DNA of 64,000 nt from Nibricoccus sp. Its GTDB lineage: Bacteria > Verrucomicrobiota > Verrucomicrobiia > Opitutales > Opitutaceae. Where the stretch lies: the NCBI GenBank assembly GCA_047602425.1, contig JASGHG010000001.1, positions 4,064,001-4,128,000 on the forward strand. The letters are read 5' to 3'. Shown here one piece after another: positions 29,500-40,051 of this stretch (position 1 is its first letter; every line of letters starts with the position of its first letter). The notes beneath the pieces are model-generated. The model had not been told where the DNA came from. It did not search any database and saw nothing but the letters and a program-made list of their open reading frames with translations. The position numbers and the translations under genes were made by a program.

Positions 29500-29943
29500 T
29501 CACCCTGCCGATGCATCCATGCGGGCTTGCAGGTCCTTGATAAATTCGGCGCGCTCTTTGGGCGAAATGAGACGAACGCCATCATCGAGCACAATTTTAA
29601 CGCGGTTGAGCGAGAGCGCTGGGGCATTCCAGATGCTGCAGGAGAATTCGAGGCGTCTGATCTTGTTGTACGGAACGTCGGCCTGAAAAATGCCGCACTG
29701 AATGTTAAGCTCGCGCTCCCTGAGCGTGTAGCGGCAGGGAATGGAAAACATCGCGATCAACGCGGCGAGAGCGAGGCCGAAACCGAACAACACGAAACCG
29801 ACAGCTTTGCCGACGGTAGCATGCCACTGCAGCAAATGAAGGCCGAAACCGATGCTTGCGCCCGTGAAGATGAAGGCGAGCGGCAGGCCGATCAGAAAGA
29901 GGGCAAGCCAGAGATCGACGGCGGATTTGTAGGTTTTAACCAC
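29500..29943 (-). CDS. Membrane protein with bacterial PH domain
   Basis: YKSAVDLW, two TM helices, APALSLNR, LISPKER. Confidence 0.75.
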   Translation of the reverse strand: MVKTYKSAVDLWLALFLIGLPLAFIFTGASIGFGLHLLQWHATVGKAVGFVLFGFGLALAALIAMFSIPCRYTLRERELNIQCGIFQADVPYNKIRRLEFSCSIWNAPALSLNRVKIVLDDGVRLISPKERAEFIKDLQARMDASAG

Positions 29944-29947
29944 GGGG

Positions 29948-30418
29948 TCAGAGCCAGCGTCGGACGCTTTTCTGGTAATTGACGTACACTGGGCCGAACT
30001 TGGCGGCGAGGTATTTTTCTTCGCGTAAAATCACCCCAAAGTGCAAAATGCTCGCGAGGACCGCAGTCATGACCAGCGGCATTAGCCAGCAGAGTAACAA
30101 CGCGATGCCGGCATGAAGCAGGCAAAGCGCGAGGTACATCGGGTTGCGGGTGAAGCGATAAGGGCCGGAGGCGACTATCGCGAGCGTCGGTTTGGTCGGA
30201 AGGATGTTGGTGCCCGCCTTGTTCATTGCCGAACGGGCTGAACCCGCTAAAAATCCGGCCAACATCACGAGCGCGCCGCCCAAAATGCGGAAGGGCAGGT
30301 GCGGAGTCAGCGTAACAGCTGCCAACCAATGAAGCGCCAGACCGGTCAGAAGACAGAAAAGAAAAATCAGCGGAGGGTAGGTGATAACTCCGGGATGGTC
30401 CTGCTCAGGCGCGGTCAT
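29948..30418 (-). CDS. Isoprenylcysteine carboxylmethyltransferase/PEMT family membrane protein
   Basis: GPYRFTRNPMY, EEKYL..KFG..Y..Y...VRRW. Confidence 0.9.
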   Translation of the reverse strand: MTAPEQDHPGVITYPPLIFLFCLLTGLALHWLAAVTLTPHLPFRILGGALVMLAGFLAGSARSAMNKAGTNILPTKPTLAIVASGPYRFTRNPMYLALCLLHAGIALLLCWLMPLVMTAVLASILHFGVILREEKYLAAKFGPVYVNYQKSVRRWL

Positions 30419-30451
30419 GGTCTTTGGCGTAACCTGACGGCCACGGATTGA

Positions 30452-31255
30452 TCAGGCGTCCTTTGAAAGCTCCTCGGAACGCTTGGTGGCGGCGAGGACG
30501 GTTTCGGCGATGATGGCGCGGAACTTGTGCGCCTCCATGCGCATGAGTCCGGCGTAGGTGGTTCCGTTTGGCGATGTTACCTGGTTTCGCAATTCCTCGG
30601 CCTCGACGGTGCTTTGTTCGAGAAGTTTGGCGGCGCCGAGAATGGTTTCGTAGGCGAGGAGCTTGGCGGTGTCGCGGTCGAGTCCCACGGCGATTCCGCC
30701 TTCACGAAGGGCAGCGGCAAACTCAAACACGTAAGCCGGTCCGCTGCCGCTCAGACCGGTGACGGCGTCAATCTGGTCCTCGCGCAAGCCGACCATTTTG
30801 CCGAGCGCACCGAGGATGAGATCGACGATTTTCTGGTCGCCCGCGGTGAGAGGCTGCAGCGAGCACCAACCGGTAACGCCCGCGCCGATCTGGCCGGGAG
30901 TATTGGGCATGGCGCGGACGAGATTGCGGGCCTTCGGAAAAACTTTTGCGAGCGTGCCGAGGCGTTTGCCGGCGAGAATGGAGAGCACGAGTTTGCCGGC
31001 GGTGAGTTCGGCGAGGCGTGGATCAAGAGAAGCCAGCTGCTGGGGTTTGCAGGCGAGCACGATCGCATCGGCGCCGCCAAGAAGTTTCACAAGATCGTCT
31101 TGGTGATTGATGCCGGTTTTGGCGGAGAGCTGACGCGCGGTGTCGTCGGGACCGCTGGTGCAGGCAACGTCAGCGGGACGGACGCCTTTGCCAAGAATAC
31201 CACCGACCATGGCCGAGGCCATGCGGCCGGCACCGAGAAATGCGATTTTGCTCAT
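30452..31255 (-). CDS. proC: Pyrroline-5-carboxylate reductase
   Basis: FLGAGRMA, KPQ, RAMPNTP, SGSGPAY, VTSPNGTT. Confidence 0.96.
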   Translation of the reverse strand: MSKIAFLGAGRMASAMVGGILGKGVRPADVACTSGPDDTARQLSAKTGINHQDDLVKLLGGADAIVLACKPQQLASLDPRLAELTAGKLVLSILAGKRLGTLAKVFPKARNLVRAMPNTPGQIGAGVTGWCSLQPLTAGDQKIVDLILGALGKMVGLREDQIDAVTGLSGSGPAYVFEFAAALREGGIAVGLDRDTAKLLAYETILGAAKLLEQSTVEAEELRNQVTSPNGTTYAGLMRMEAHKFRAIIAETVLAATKRSEELSKDA

Positions 31256-31291
31256 GAGGAAATACGGATGTTAAGGAAAGTGCAGAAGATG

Positions 31292-31325
31292 CTGAACGCT
31301 TAACTCTCAACGCTGAACGTTCAAG
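31292..31325. repeat. 7-bp tandem repeat (CTNAACK)
   Basis: ctgaacg cttaact ctcaacg ctgaacg ttcaa. Confidence 0.6.
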
Positions 31326-31406
31326 TGCGGAGACGGGGCGAAGTAGTGGCCACAAAAAGCGCAGAAGACGCGAAAACGAGCGAGCGGGGCGGGCAAGCGA
31401 CGCTGG

Positions 31407-31706
31407 TCACTTCGCTTTACGCGGCAGGCTCAAGGTTGCTCCGTGCAGGACGATGAACACAAATACGGCAGTCATTAACAATGCTTCGACGGCGCACGTT
31501 TCTAGGCTGTGTTTTCTCCATCCGAAAAAATAGAGTGCGAAGGCACCCCAGCTCCCGATCAGGAAATAAAGGTTGGAGCGGAAGCTGCGTTTGAACCGGG
31601 AAATCCATGGCTCACCGCTGGGATTCGCTTTCCTGCGTTCGTATTCCTCAATGCCGAAGTACAGGCCGATGCAACCAAGGACGAGGGACGCGAAAACTAA
31701 GTTCAT
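31407..31706 (-). CDS. Small hypothetical membrane protein
   Basis: Three hydrophobic segments; directly downstream of the hybrid kinase. Confidence 0.55.
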   Translation of the reverse strand: MNLVFASLVLGCIGLYFGIEEYERRKANPSGEPWISRFKRSFRSNLYFLIGSWGAFALYFFGWRKHSLETCAVEALLMTAVFVFIVLHGATLSLPRKAK

Positions 31707-31715
31707 AACCGGCAC

Positions 31716-32843
31716 TCAATCCGCCGAAGCGTGAGGCTTCTTGGCGACGGGGTGGACGAGGATGGCGACGCTGCCGCCGCCTTCGCGGTCGGTCATGGTG
31801 ACGTCTCCGCCCATGTTACGGAGGGCGTGGCGCGCGACGGTTAGGCCCATGCCGACGCCGACCGTTTGTTTGGTGCTGATAAATGGTTCGAACATGTGGT
31901 CGCGGATCTCGGGGTCGATGCCATTGCCCTGGTCCTCGACCCGAATTTCCACCGCCTGCGATCCGCCGGGGAGTTCGACCAATTTTGTGCGGAGCACGAT
32001 CGGACGCTGGTCGGCGGGGCGTTTGCCGTAGCTTTCCCAAGCATTGATCAATACCTTCGAAAGCACGTCTTCAAAGACTTCGACGTGGGTTTCGATTTGG
32101 AGGTCGGCAAGGGGGTTGTCGACCTGCACGGTGTGGACGATTTTGAAATCGGACTGGTAGCGGGCGACGCCGTCGGAAATGAGTTTGCCCAGAGCGTATT
32201 TGGTCGTGGGCAGGCGGGATTTTACGACGAGCGAGCCGAGCTGCTTGATGATGCTGGCAATGCGCTGGACGGCATTTTCGACGGATTCGGCGTTCTTTTT
32301 TACCGATTCCGGCTTGTTATAGTTGTTCTTGATCAGGTCGAGGTAACCGAGGACGACGCCGAGGAGATTGTTGAGATTATGTGCGATGCCCTGGGTGACG
32401 GCGCCGATGGTGGCGGAGCGGCGTGCTTCTTGCAGGCGGCGCTGGAGGTCGAACATCTCGCGATTGATCGCGACGAAACGGAGCTGCGTTTGCACGCGCG
32501 CGAGCGTTTCGTCGAGGTCGATGGGCTTGGTGATGTAATCGACGGCACCGACGGCAAGACCTTCGAGTTTGCTCTCCTTTGAACTGCGGGCGGTGATAAA
32601 AATGACGGGGATGGAACGTGTTTCCTCAGTTTCCTGCAGGCGCTGGCAAACCTCCATGCCGTCCATGTCAGGCATCATGACATCGAGAAGGATGAGGTCG
32701 GGTTTTTCCTTCACCACGACTTCGAGCGCTTCGCCGCCGGTGTACGCGGCGGCAACTTGGATGCCTTCGCGTTCAAGCTTCCGTTTGAGAAGCTGGACAT
32801 TCACCGGTTGGTCGTCGACGACCAGAATTTTCGGGGAAGACAT
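31716..32843 (-). CDS. Hybrid receiver-histidine kinase (REC-HisKA-HATPase)
   Basis: ILVVDD, LLDVMMP, KP; AHNLNN H-box; DQGNG, FEPF, GVGMGL. Confidence 0.92.
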   Translation of the reverse strand: MSSPKILVVDDQPVNVQLLKRKLEREGIQVAAAYTGGEALEVVVKEKPDLILLDVMMPDMDGMEVCQRLQETEETRSIPVIFITARSSKESKLEGLAVGAVDYITKPIDLDETLARVQTQLRFVAINREMFDLQRRLQEARRSATIGAVTQGIAHNLNNLLGVVLGYLDLIKNNYNKPESVKKNAESVENAVQRIASIIKQLGSLVVKSRLPTTKYALGKLISDGVARYQSDFKIVHTVQVDNPLADLQIETHVEVFEDVLSKVLINAWESYGKRPADQRPIVLRTKLVELPGGSQAVEIRVEDQGNGIDPEIRDHMFEPFISTKQTVGVGMGLTVARHALRNMGGDVTMTDREGGGSVAILVHPVAKKPHASAD

Positions 32844-32902
32844 GTTAGGATTAGAATGGCTGAGGTTGGCCCTGCCGCAAGCTGCCGTGCTGTAAGTTCT
32901 AG

Positions 32903-33784
32903 CTAAACTGACGGCGCAGTGGCGAGCCGAAAGGCCTTCACAGTGTTTTTCATCAACAGGGCCACGGTCATGGGCCCGACGCCGCCGGGGACAGGAGTGA
33001 TCTTGCTGCAGAGTGGCGAGACGGTGGGAAAATGCACGTCGCCAACCAGACGGTATCCAGTTTTCTTGGACGCATCGGGCACGCGGTTGATGCCGACATC
33101 GATCACGACGGCGCCGGGCTTTACCATGTCGGCGGTGACGAATTCGGCGCGACCGATGGCGGCGATCAAAACGTCAGCCTGACGGGTGATTGCGGGCAGG
33201 TCGCGAGTTTGGGAATGGCAGATGGTTACAGTGCCATTGGCACCGGCCTTTTTCTGAAGGGCGAGAAGGGCCACGGGTTTACCGACGATTAGGCTGCGGC
33301 CGAGGACGACAACATGCTTGCCCTTGAGGTCGACGTTGCTGCGCGCCAGGAGTTCCATGATGCCGGCGGGCGTGCAGGAGACGAAACCGGTTTCGTCCTC
33401 CTGGGCAATTTTGCCAAGATTGATGGTGTGGAAACCGTCGACGTCCTTTGTGGGCGAAACGCGGCGGAAGACCGCGAGTTCGTCGATATGTTTTGGCAAC
33501 GGAGATTGAACGAGGATGCCGTCGACGGTAGGATCGGCATTGAGCTGATCGATGAGTACGAAGAGCTCGGCCTGCGAGATGGTGACAGGAGGGAGGATGA
33601 CGCGGCCAGTGATGCCGATTTCGGCGGAAGTTTTCTCCTTTTTGGTGACGTAGGAAACGGATGCGGGATCGTCGCCGACGCGGACGAGCGCAAGGCAGGG
33701 CTTGCGGCCGGCAATGGTGGCGACTTCAGCCTTCAATTCGGAGATGAGGGAGGCGGCGATTTTGTTGCCGTCGATGAGTTCCAT
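32903..33784 (-). CDS. folD: Methylenetetrahydrofolate dehydrogenase/cyclohydrolase
   Basis: [40 protein letters not shown]. Confidence 0.97.
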   Translation of the reverse strand: MELIDGNKIAASLISELKAEVATIAGRKPCLALVRVGDDPASVSYVTKKEKTSAEIGITGRVILPPVTISQAELFVLIDQLNADPTVDGILVQSPLPKHIDELAVFRRVSPTKDVDGFHTINLGKIAQEDETGFVSCTPAGIMELLARSNVDLKGKHVVVLGRSLIVGKPVALLALQKKAGANGTVTICHSQTRDLPAITRQADVLIAAIGRAEFVTADMVKPGAVVIDVGINRVPDASKKTGYRLVGDVHFPTVSPLCSKITPVPGGVGPMTVALLMKNTVKAFRLATAPSV

Positions 33785-33841
33785 GGGAAAAGGCGGGAAG
33801 GGCGAAAGGCGTGAAGTATAAACGAGGGACGACGTGGGGAC

Positions 33842-33871
33842 AAAAAAGGCGCATGGGATGAACCATGCGCC
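33842..33871 (-). terminator. Intrinsic terminator after the SH3-like gene
   Basis: Minus strand GGCGCATGG-loop-CCATGCGCC-TTTTTT. Confidence 0.85.
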
Positions 33872-33885
33872 AGAGGTAAAGAGTT

Positions 33886-34752
33886 TTAGTGAATCTGGAT
33901 ACTGTCGACCTCGATCACAATGTCCTTTGTATTTTCGATGGCCTTGGCGGTGCCATAGACGGTGACGACGCGGTTCATGTATTTGTCGACTGGGTCGGCC
34001 TTGGAGAGGCGGCTGACGTCGAGGAAGGCATAGCGTTCGCCGACGCGGTCGTTGAGCTGATAGTCGTAAGGTTTGTAGGCGAGGAACCGTTTGGCCGGGA
34101 CAAAAGTGCCCTCAAACATGCGGGGCAGCGCGGCGGCTGCGGCGGGGCTGAGCGTGGAAGCGGCGCCAGCCGGGGCGGGAGTAGACTGAGCAGGACCGGA
34201 ATAGACTTGAACCGGAGAGGCCGCAACAGGCGAAGACGGACCAGAGGCGCCACCGGAACGGGGGGCGGGTGTCACAGGCGCGTTGAAGCCGGAGGACAGG
34301 TTGGAGTTGGCAACTGCGGGCCGGGCGATGGGCGAGTCAACCGTGTCGTCGCCGATGTAACCAATGACTTTTTTCTGAAGTTTGATCTGGGTCCAGCGGC
34401 CATGGAGACCGGAAATTTCGGCGGAGTCGCCCTTGCTCATCGTGGTGAGGACGGCGGAGTCGATTTTTGGAGCGGTGTAGAAGGAGGCGCCCGGACGAAC
34501 GTCGAGGCTCTTCATGATATCCTTCGATTGCACATAGACCTCATGCGGTCCGGCGAGCTCGATGGCAGTCCAGCCCGAGGGGGCAGGTTCGCCGCTGGTG
34601 GCGAGCACTGGTTCGGCACCGGCGTTCAACACCGCGATCGCCGCGGAGGAGGCATTGGGCTTGGCGTGCACCGCGGTGGTCTTGGAAAGCGGTGCCGCAG
34701 CGAGGCTGGAAGCGGCGAGGAGTGCGAGGAGCAGACTCGTTTTAATCTTCAT
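33886..34752 (-). CDS. Exported protein with SH3b-like domains and Pro/Ala-rich linker
   Basis: Signal peptide; two SH3b-like segments (e.g. GRWTQI...IGYI). Confidence 0.65.
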   Translation of the reverse strand: MKIKTSLLLALLAASSLAAAPLSKTTAVHAKPNASSAAIAVLNAGAEPVLATSGEPAPSGWTAIELAGPHEVYVQSKDIMKSLDVRPGASFYTAPKIDSAVLTTMSKGDSAEISGLHGRWTQIKLQKKVIGYIGDDTVDSPIARPAVANSNLSSGFNAPVTPAPRSGGASGPSSPVAASPVQVYSGPAQSTPAPAGAASTLSPAAAAALPRMFEGTFVPAKRFLAYKPYDYQLNDRVGERYAFLDVSRLSKADPVDKYMNRVVTVYGTAKAIENTKDIVIEVDSIQIH

Positions 34753-35530
34753 GGATATCAGCAGGTTTTTCGTCGGTGTGGCCACGACGGTGGGGGACTT
34801 TGAATAAAAGTGCGATCTCTTTGTTAGAAAGTTGTTTGACGGCTCGCAAAGGAATTCCTTTCAGGGCGAATGCCCCGATCTGATAACGCTTGAGGCGCTT
34901 CACGTCAAACCCTAGCGCGGTGAAGAGCACGCGGATTTCGCGTTTTTTGCCATGGTGCATCTGCACGTCGACAACCTTGGAGGAGCCGTCGACGGCCGGC
35001 GAGAGCAGGGTGGCATGCTCGACCTTGAGGCGTTCGCCCTCGGCAATGATGCCGCGGAGCAGGGCGGCTTTTTTACCGGGAGGAAATGGTTGTTCGAGTT
35101 TCACGAGGTAATGTTTGACCACGATATTGCTCGGATGCATGAGGCGGTTGGCGAGCTCGCCATCGGTGGTCAGGATCACGAGGCCTTCGCTGTCCTTGTC
35201 GAGGCGGCCGGCGCAAAAAAACCGGAAGCGGGCGAATTCTCGCGGAAGCACGGTGAAGACCGTGTCGGCGTTGAATGGATCGTCATTGGAGCAAACGAGA
35301 CCGCGCGGCTTGTGCATCGCGAGGGTGATGCGGGGCTGCGCGGTGGCGCGGACGGTTTTGCCGCTGACTGTGACTTTATCGATGCCGGGCGTTATTTTTT
35401 GTCCGGGGGTGGCGCGCTCGCCGTTGATCCAGACTTCGCCCTCAGCGACAAGTGCTTCGGCGGCACGACGGGAACACAGACCGGAATCGGCCAGGAATTT
35501 TTGCACGCGTACCGGTTGCGAATCGCTCAT
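34742..35530 (-). CDS. RsuA/RluB-family rRNA pseudouridine synthase
   Basis: S4 domain (RVQKFLA..GLCSRR), GRLDKDSEGL, GKKREIR. Confidence 0.92.
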   Translation of the reverse strand: MSDSQPVRVQKFLADSGLCSRRAAEALVAEGEVWINGERATPGQKITPGIDKVTVSGKTVRATAQPRITLAMHKPRGLVCSNDDPFNADTVFTVLPREFARFRFFCAGRLDKDSEGLVILTTDGELANRLMHPSNIVVKHYLVKLEQPFPPGKKAALLRGIIAEGERLKVEHATLLSPAVDGSSKVVDVQMHHGKKREIRVLFTALGFDVKRLKRYQIGAFALKGIPLRAVKQLSNKEIALLFKVPHRRGHTDEKPADIHED

Positions 35531-35583
35531 TTGCGATTCAGTTGGGGTGAAAATTCCCAGCGAAGCAAGCTCGCCCTGCCAAC

Positions 35584-36759
35584 ATGTCCATACCAGCCGC
35601 CACCGATGCGTCCGTCTACAACAAGGACAATCCATTTCACGCGCTCATCACCGAAAACCGGTTGTTGAGCAAAGACGGTTCGCTGAAAGAAACGCGCCAT
35701 TTTGTCGTGAACATTGCAGGCAGCGGTCTGACCTACAAGGCGGGCGATTCGCTCGGCGTGTACCCAACGAACCATCCGGCCGACGTGGACCAGATTCTGC
35801 ATTTCCTCGGCGCAGACGGTGACGAACCAGTTTCCCCGGCGATCTTGAAACTCGCCGAACCGATTTCGTTGCACGAAGCGCTGCTTTCGCGTCTGGCGTT
35901 GAACGGGCCGACCGTAAAGATCCTCAACACGCTTTACTCCAAGGCTACGGCGCCGACGGATGTGGCGAGACTGACAGCGCTCCTTGCACCGGAAGCAAAG
36001 GCCGAATTGGCCGCCTATCTCGAACACCGCGAGTACATCGATATTCTTACCGAGTTTTCGAGTGCAAAGCTGACGCCGCAGGAATTCGTCGATCATCTCC
36101 GCAAGCTCGTGCCCCGGCTCTATTCCATCGCGTCGTCGCCCTTGGAATATCCCAACGAAATCCATCTCACGGTTGCAGTTGTGCGCTATGAGACGAACCA
36201 ACGTCAACGTTTCGGCGTGTGCACGACGTTCATGGCCGATCGCACGCCGGTTGGCAGCGCTGCGCTGCCGGTGTTTGTGTCGCATTCGCATTTCGGGCCT
36301 CCCGAAGATCTGACGGAAGACGTGATCATGGTCGGCCCCGGCACGGGGATCGCGCCATTCCGCGCCTTTGTTCAGGACCGCGCAGCTTCGGGCGCGACGG
36401 GCCGCAACTGGCTTTTTTTCGGCGATCATCACCGTGATCGGGATTTCTTGTATGAAGAGGAGTGGAGCGAACTCCTGGTGCGAGGCCATCTTGCCCGACT
36501 CGATACGGCCTGGTCACGCGATCAGGAAAAAAAGATCTACGTGCAGGACAAAATGCGTGAAAGCGCCGCCGAGCTTTGGCTCTGGCTGAAGGGTGGGGCG
36601 TATTTCTATGTTTGCGGAGATGCCAAAGCCATGGCCAAGGACGTCGACGTGGCGCTCCATGAAATTATCGCCCAGCAAGGCGGCATGACACCGGAACAAG
36701 CCGCCGAGTACGTGAAGCAGTTGAAAAAAGAAAAACGCTACCAGCGCGACGTATACTAA
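35584..36759 (+). CDS. CysJ-like FAD/NADPH reductase lacking a flavodoxin domain
   Basis: PRLYSIASS, GVCT, GPGTGIAPFR, YVQD, YVCGDA, RYQRDVY. Confidence 0.88.
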   Translation: MSIPAATDASVYNKDNPFHALITENRLLSKDGSLKETRHFVVNIAGSGLTYKAGDSLGVYPTNHPADVDQILHFLGADGDEPVSPAILKLAEPISLHEALLSRLALNGPTVKILNTLYSKATAPTDVARLTALLAPEAKAELAAYLEHREYIDILTEFSSAKLTPQEFVDHLRKLVPRLYSIASSPLEYPNEIHLTVAVVRYETNQRQRFGVCTTFMADRTPVGSAALPVFVSHSHFGPPEDLTEDVIMVGPGTGIAPFRAFVQDRAASGATGRNWLFFGDHHRDRDFLYEEEWSELLVRGHLARLDTAWSRDQEKKIYVQDKMRESAAELWLWLKGGAYFYVCGDAKAMAKDVDVALHEIIAQQGGMTPEQAAEYVKQLKKEKRYQRDVY

Positions 36760-36785
36760 CGTAATGGCGGTAAGTGTTAGTAATG

Positions 36786-36852
36786 TGGAGGGTCGACTTC
36801 CACGTCGACCGCTGGATTGCCCAGTCTGACCGACGTGGAAGTCGGCCCTCCA
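36786..36852. repeat. 67-bp REP-like inverted doublet (TGGAGGG...CCCTCCA)
   Basis: Near-identical to the reverse complement of 61673-61739. Confidence 0.9.
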
Positions 36853-36923
36853 TTTCAGCCGCCACGCGTTCAAAATTTTTCTGCTCGCCCCGCGTCGGCC
36901 GGTTCGCCCAACCTAGCCGCCCT

Positions 36924-37664
36924 ATGACATTTAATAATCGTACCGCCCTCGTCACCGGTGCCGGCCGTGGCATCGGCAAGGCCATCGCTGAGACGCTCGC
37001 CAAAAACGGCGTCAACGTCATCTGCGTTTCCAAGTCCGCTGAGAGCTGCGGTGCGGTTGCGGCCGCGATCACCGCCGCCGGTGGCAAGGCCAAGGCTGTG
37101 CCGGTCGATGTCTCCGACGGCGCTGCTGTCACGAAAGCCGCCGAAGAACTGCTCAAGGAATACGGCAAAATCGACATTCTCGTGAACAATGCCGGCATCA
37201 CTCGCGACGGCCTTATTGCCCGCATGTCAGAGGACGATTGGAACGCTGTCATCCAAACCAATCTTACCAGCGCCTTCCACTGGAGCAAAGCCATCGGTTG
37301 GCCGATGTGTCGCGCCCGCTACGGTCGCATCGTCAACATTGCCTCGGTCGTTGGCATCGTGGGCAACGCCGGTCAGGCCAACTATGCCGCCGCCAAAGGT
37401 GGCATGATCGCTTTCACCAAAGCCATCGCCAAGGAGTTCGCCAAACGCGGCGTCACCGCCAACGTCGTCGCTCCCGGTTTCATCAAGACCGACATGACCG
37501 CCGTTCTCGGCGAAGAAGTGCAAAAAGCCGCGTCCGCCATGATCCCGATGCAGCGTTTCGGCGAGCCTGCCGACATTGCGGCCGCCACCGCGTTTTTGTG
37601 CAGCGAAGAAGCAGGATATATCACAGGCCAAGTTTTTACCGTTGACGGCGGCATGGCGATGTGA
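36924..37664 (+). CDS. fabG: 3-oxoacyl-ACP reductase
   Basis: TGAGRGIG, NNAGITRD, YAAAK, PGFIKTDMT; precedes acpP-fabF. Confidence 0.97.
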   Translation: MTFNNRTALVTGAGRGIGKAIAETLAKNGVNVICVSKSAESCGAVAAAITAAGGKAKAVPVDVSDGAAVTKAAEELLKEYGKIDILVNNAGITRDGLIARMSEDDWNAVIQTNLTSAFHWSKAIGWPMCRARYGRIVNIASVVGIVGNAGQANYAAAKGGMIAFTKAIAKEFAKRGVTANVVAPGFIKTDMTAVLGEEVQKAASAMIPMQRFGEPADIAAATAFLCSEEAGYITGQVFTVDGGMAM

Positions 37665-37694
37665 CCCTTTCATCACGCAAGACAAACACCCAAC

Positions 37695-37958
37695 ATGGCT
37701 GATCAAAAAACCATCGAACAACGCGTCAAAGAAATCATCGTTAACCAACTCAACGTTAACGAAGAGCAGATCACCCCGCAGGCATCGTTTCTCGACGATC
37801 TTGGCGCTGATTCTCTCGACACTGTCGAGCTCATCATGGCTTTCGAAGAAGAGTTTAAGGACGAGATCAAGGGCGAAATCCCTGAGTCCGATGCCGAGAA
37901 GCTCACGACGGTCGGCCAGGTGATCGACTACATCAGGTCGAAGGCCGCGGCTAAATAA
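37695..37958 (+). CDS. acpP: Acyl carrier protein
   Basis: [20 protein letters not shown]. Confidence 0.98.
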   Translation: MADQKTIEQRVKEIIVNQLNVNEEQITPQASFLDDLGADSLDTVELIMAFEEEFKDEIKGEIPESDAEKLTTVGQVIDYIRSKAAAK

Positions 37959-37975
37959 GCCACGATTTTTCTTTT

Positions 37976-38031
37976 GGCGTTCTACCGAGCCTCGCTCCAC
38001 GAGACTGACGGTAGGACGCCTTTTTGTTTTT
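37976..38031 (+). terminator. Hairpin plus T-tract after acpP
   Basis: GGCGTTCTACCG...CGGTAGGACGCC followed by TTTTTGTTTTT. Confidence 0.7.
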
Positions 38032-38152
38032 CGGCAAACGCTTGCGACGCCATCAAAACTGCTAAACGGCCTGCTGGCCCCGCTACTACCCGCCGAATAC
38101 TTTTGATTGTGTGCTTCGCAATAACTCGGAAAGCTCTCAACTTTTAGAACGC

Positions 38153-39406
38153 ATGTCCACCACGCTCCCTCCCTCTCAACGTGTCGTAGTCACCGGCCTC
38201 GGCGCCATCGCCTCGATCGGCCACGACGTCGATACGTTCTGGAAAAACATCCTTGCTGGCCAATGCGGCATCGATCGCGTCACGCAGTTCGATCCGACCA
38301 ACTACGCCTGCCAGATCGGTGCCGAAGTGCGCGACTGGCAGCCGGAGCAGTTCATGGACCCGAAGGAAGCGCGCCGCAACGACCGATACACGCAGTTCGG
38401 TTTCATCGCCGCCAAGCAGGCTTTCAAGGACAGCGGCCTCGACATGGCCAAGGAAGACGGTGACCGCGTCGGTGTCATCATCGGTTCCGGCATCGGCGGC
38501 ATGTACACTTATGAGAGCCAGCTCAAAAACCTTTTCGAAAAAGGCCCGCGCAAAGTCTCGCCCTTCACGATTCCCTCACTGATTGGCAACATCTGCTCCG
38601 GTCTCTACGCGATCGAAATCGGTGCCCGCGGTCCGAACTTCGGCGTCGTTTCCGCCTGCGCCACCGCCACGCACGCCCTCGGTGAAGCCATGCACGTCAT
38701 CCGCCGCGGCGATGCCGACGTCATGATCGCCGGTGGCGCCGAAGCCGCCATCACGCCCTTTGCCTACGCCAGCTTCTGCTCGATGAAAGCCATGAGTACG
38801 CGCAACGACGACCCGAAGACTGCCAGCCGCCCGTTCTCGCTCGGCCGCGACGGCTTCATCATGGGTGAAGGCGCCGGCATCATGGTCCTCGAATCGCTCG
38901 AACACGCCCAAAAACGCGGCGCGAAAATCTACTGCGAAATCGCTGGTTACGGTGCGAGCTGCGATGCTTTCCATATCACGCAACCCGATCCCGACGGCAA
39001 AGGTCTGGCCCTCGCCATGCGCAGCGCGCTCAAGTCCGCCGGCGTCGCCCCCGAAGCGATCGATTACCTCAACGCCCACGGCACCTCGACTCCGTACAAC
39101 GACAAGTTCGAGACCCTCGCGATCAAGAAAGTCTTTGGCGACCACGCGAAGAAGATGGCGATTAGTTCGACCAAGTCGATGACCGGCCACCTCCTCGGCG
39201 CGGCTGGCGGCATCGAATCGATCATCTGCGTGAAGGCCTTGGAAAACCAGATCATGCCTGCGACGATCAACCTTCACGAACCCGATCCGGAGTGCGACCT
39301 CGACTACGTCCCGAACACCGCCCGCCCGGCCAAACTCACGACCGTGCAGAGCAACAACCTCGGCTTCGGCGGCCAAAACTCCTCAGTCGTCTTCCGCAAA
39401 CTCTAA
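38153..39406 (+). CDS. fabF: 3-oxoacyl-ACP synthase II
   Basis: SACAT, NAHGTST, KSMTGHLLGA, GFGG. Confidence 0.97.
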   Translation: MSTTLPPSQRVVVTGLGAIASIGHDVDTFWKNILAGQCGIDRVTQFDPTNYACQIGAEVRDWQPEQFMDPKEARRNDRYTQFGFIAAKQAFKDSGLDMAKEDGDRVGVIIGSGIGGMYTYESQLKNLFEKGPRKVSPFTIPSLIGNICSGLYAIEIGARGPNFGVVSACATATHALGEAMHVIRRGDADVMIAGGAEAAITPFAYASFCSMKAMSTRNDDPKTASRPFSLGRDGFIMGEGAGIMVLESLEHAQKRGAKIYCEIAGYGASCDAFHITQPDPDGKGLALAMRSALKSAGVAPEAIDYLNAHGTSTPYNDKFETLAIKKVFGDHAKKMAISSTKSMTGHLLGAAGGIESIICVKALENQIMPATINLHEPDPECDLDYVPNTARPAKLTTVQSNNLGFGGQNSSVVFRKL

Positions 39407-39431
39407 CCGCGAACGATCTACAACGTTTCCC

Positions 39432-39467
39432 AAAGCGCGCCAGCCGAAAGGCCGGCGCGCTTTTTTG
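39432..39467 (+). terminator. Intrinsic terminator after fabF
   Basis: AAAGCGCGCC..GGCGCGCTTTTTT. Confidence 0.85.
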
Positions 39468-39556
39468 TTGTGCCGAAAGGTACTAATGACGTTGGTATGC
39501 AACATACAGCGTTCAATCCACTCGACTTTCATCCTTGAACGTAGTCCATAGCTTTG

Positions 39557-40051
39557 ATGACTCTAGCCCCACAGTCGTTACCTCTGAAACAGAGCACTTG
39601 GCTACAGCGGAACTGGAAGTGGTTTGTGCCGACTGCGTGTTTAGCTGGCGTTATCGTCTTTCTGGGGGCTATCGCGTTGTTCATGGCGCTCATCTTCGGC
39701 TTCATGAAGAAATCTGACGCCTATTCTGGTGCGCTAGTCCGGGTTAAAGAATCACCGGCGGTGATAGATCAACTGGGGACGCCTATCAGCGCAGGGTGGT
39801 TTGTTACCGGTAATATCCACGTGAGCGGCAGCAGCGGCCAAGCTGAGCTGGCTATCCCTGTTTCTGGTCCAAAAGCAAAGGCCACGGTTTACGTCGAAGC
39901 CCAAAAGAGACTGGGGCAGTGGCAGTTCGACGGTTTGGTGGTACAAATCGATAGCTCCAAAAAACGAATAGATCTTTTGAAAAAAGAGCCGAACCAGAGG
40001 ACAGATAGCACGACCGAGACTGTATCACCGTCAGTCCTCGCGCCAAAATGA
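39557..40051 (+). CDS. Coa1-like family membrane protein
   Basis: RNWKWFVP, TM helix, LGTPI, IPVSGPK..ATVYVEA...GQW. Confidence 0.75.
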   Translation: MTLAPQSLPLKQSTWLQRNWKWFVPTACLAGVIVFLGAIALFMALIFGFMKKSDAYSGALVRVKESPAVIDQLGTPISAGWFVTGNIHVSGSSGQAELAIPVSGPKAKATVYVEAQKRLGQWQFDGLVVQIDSSKKRIDLLKKEPNQRTDSTTETVSPSVLAPK

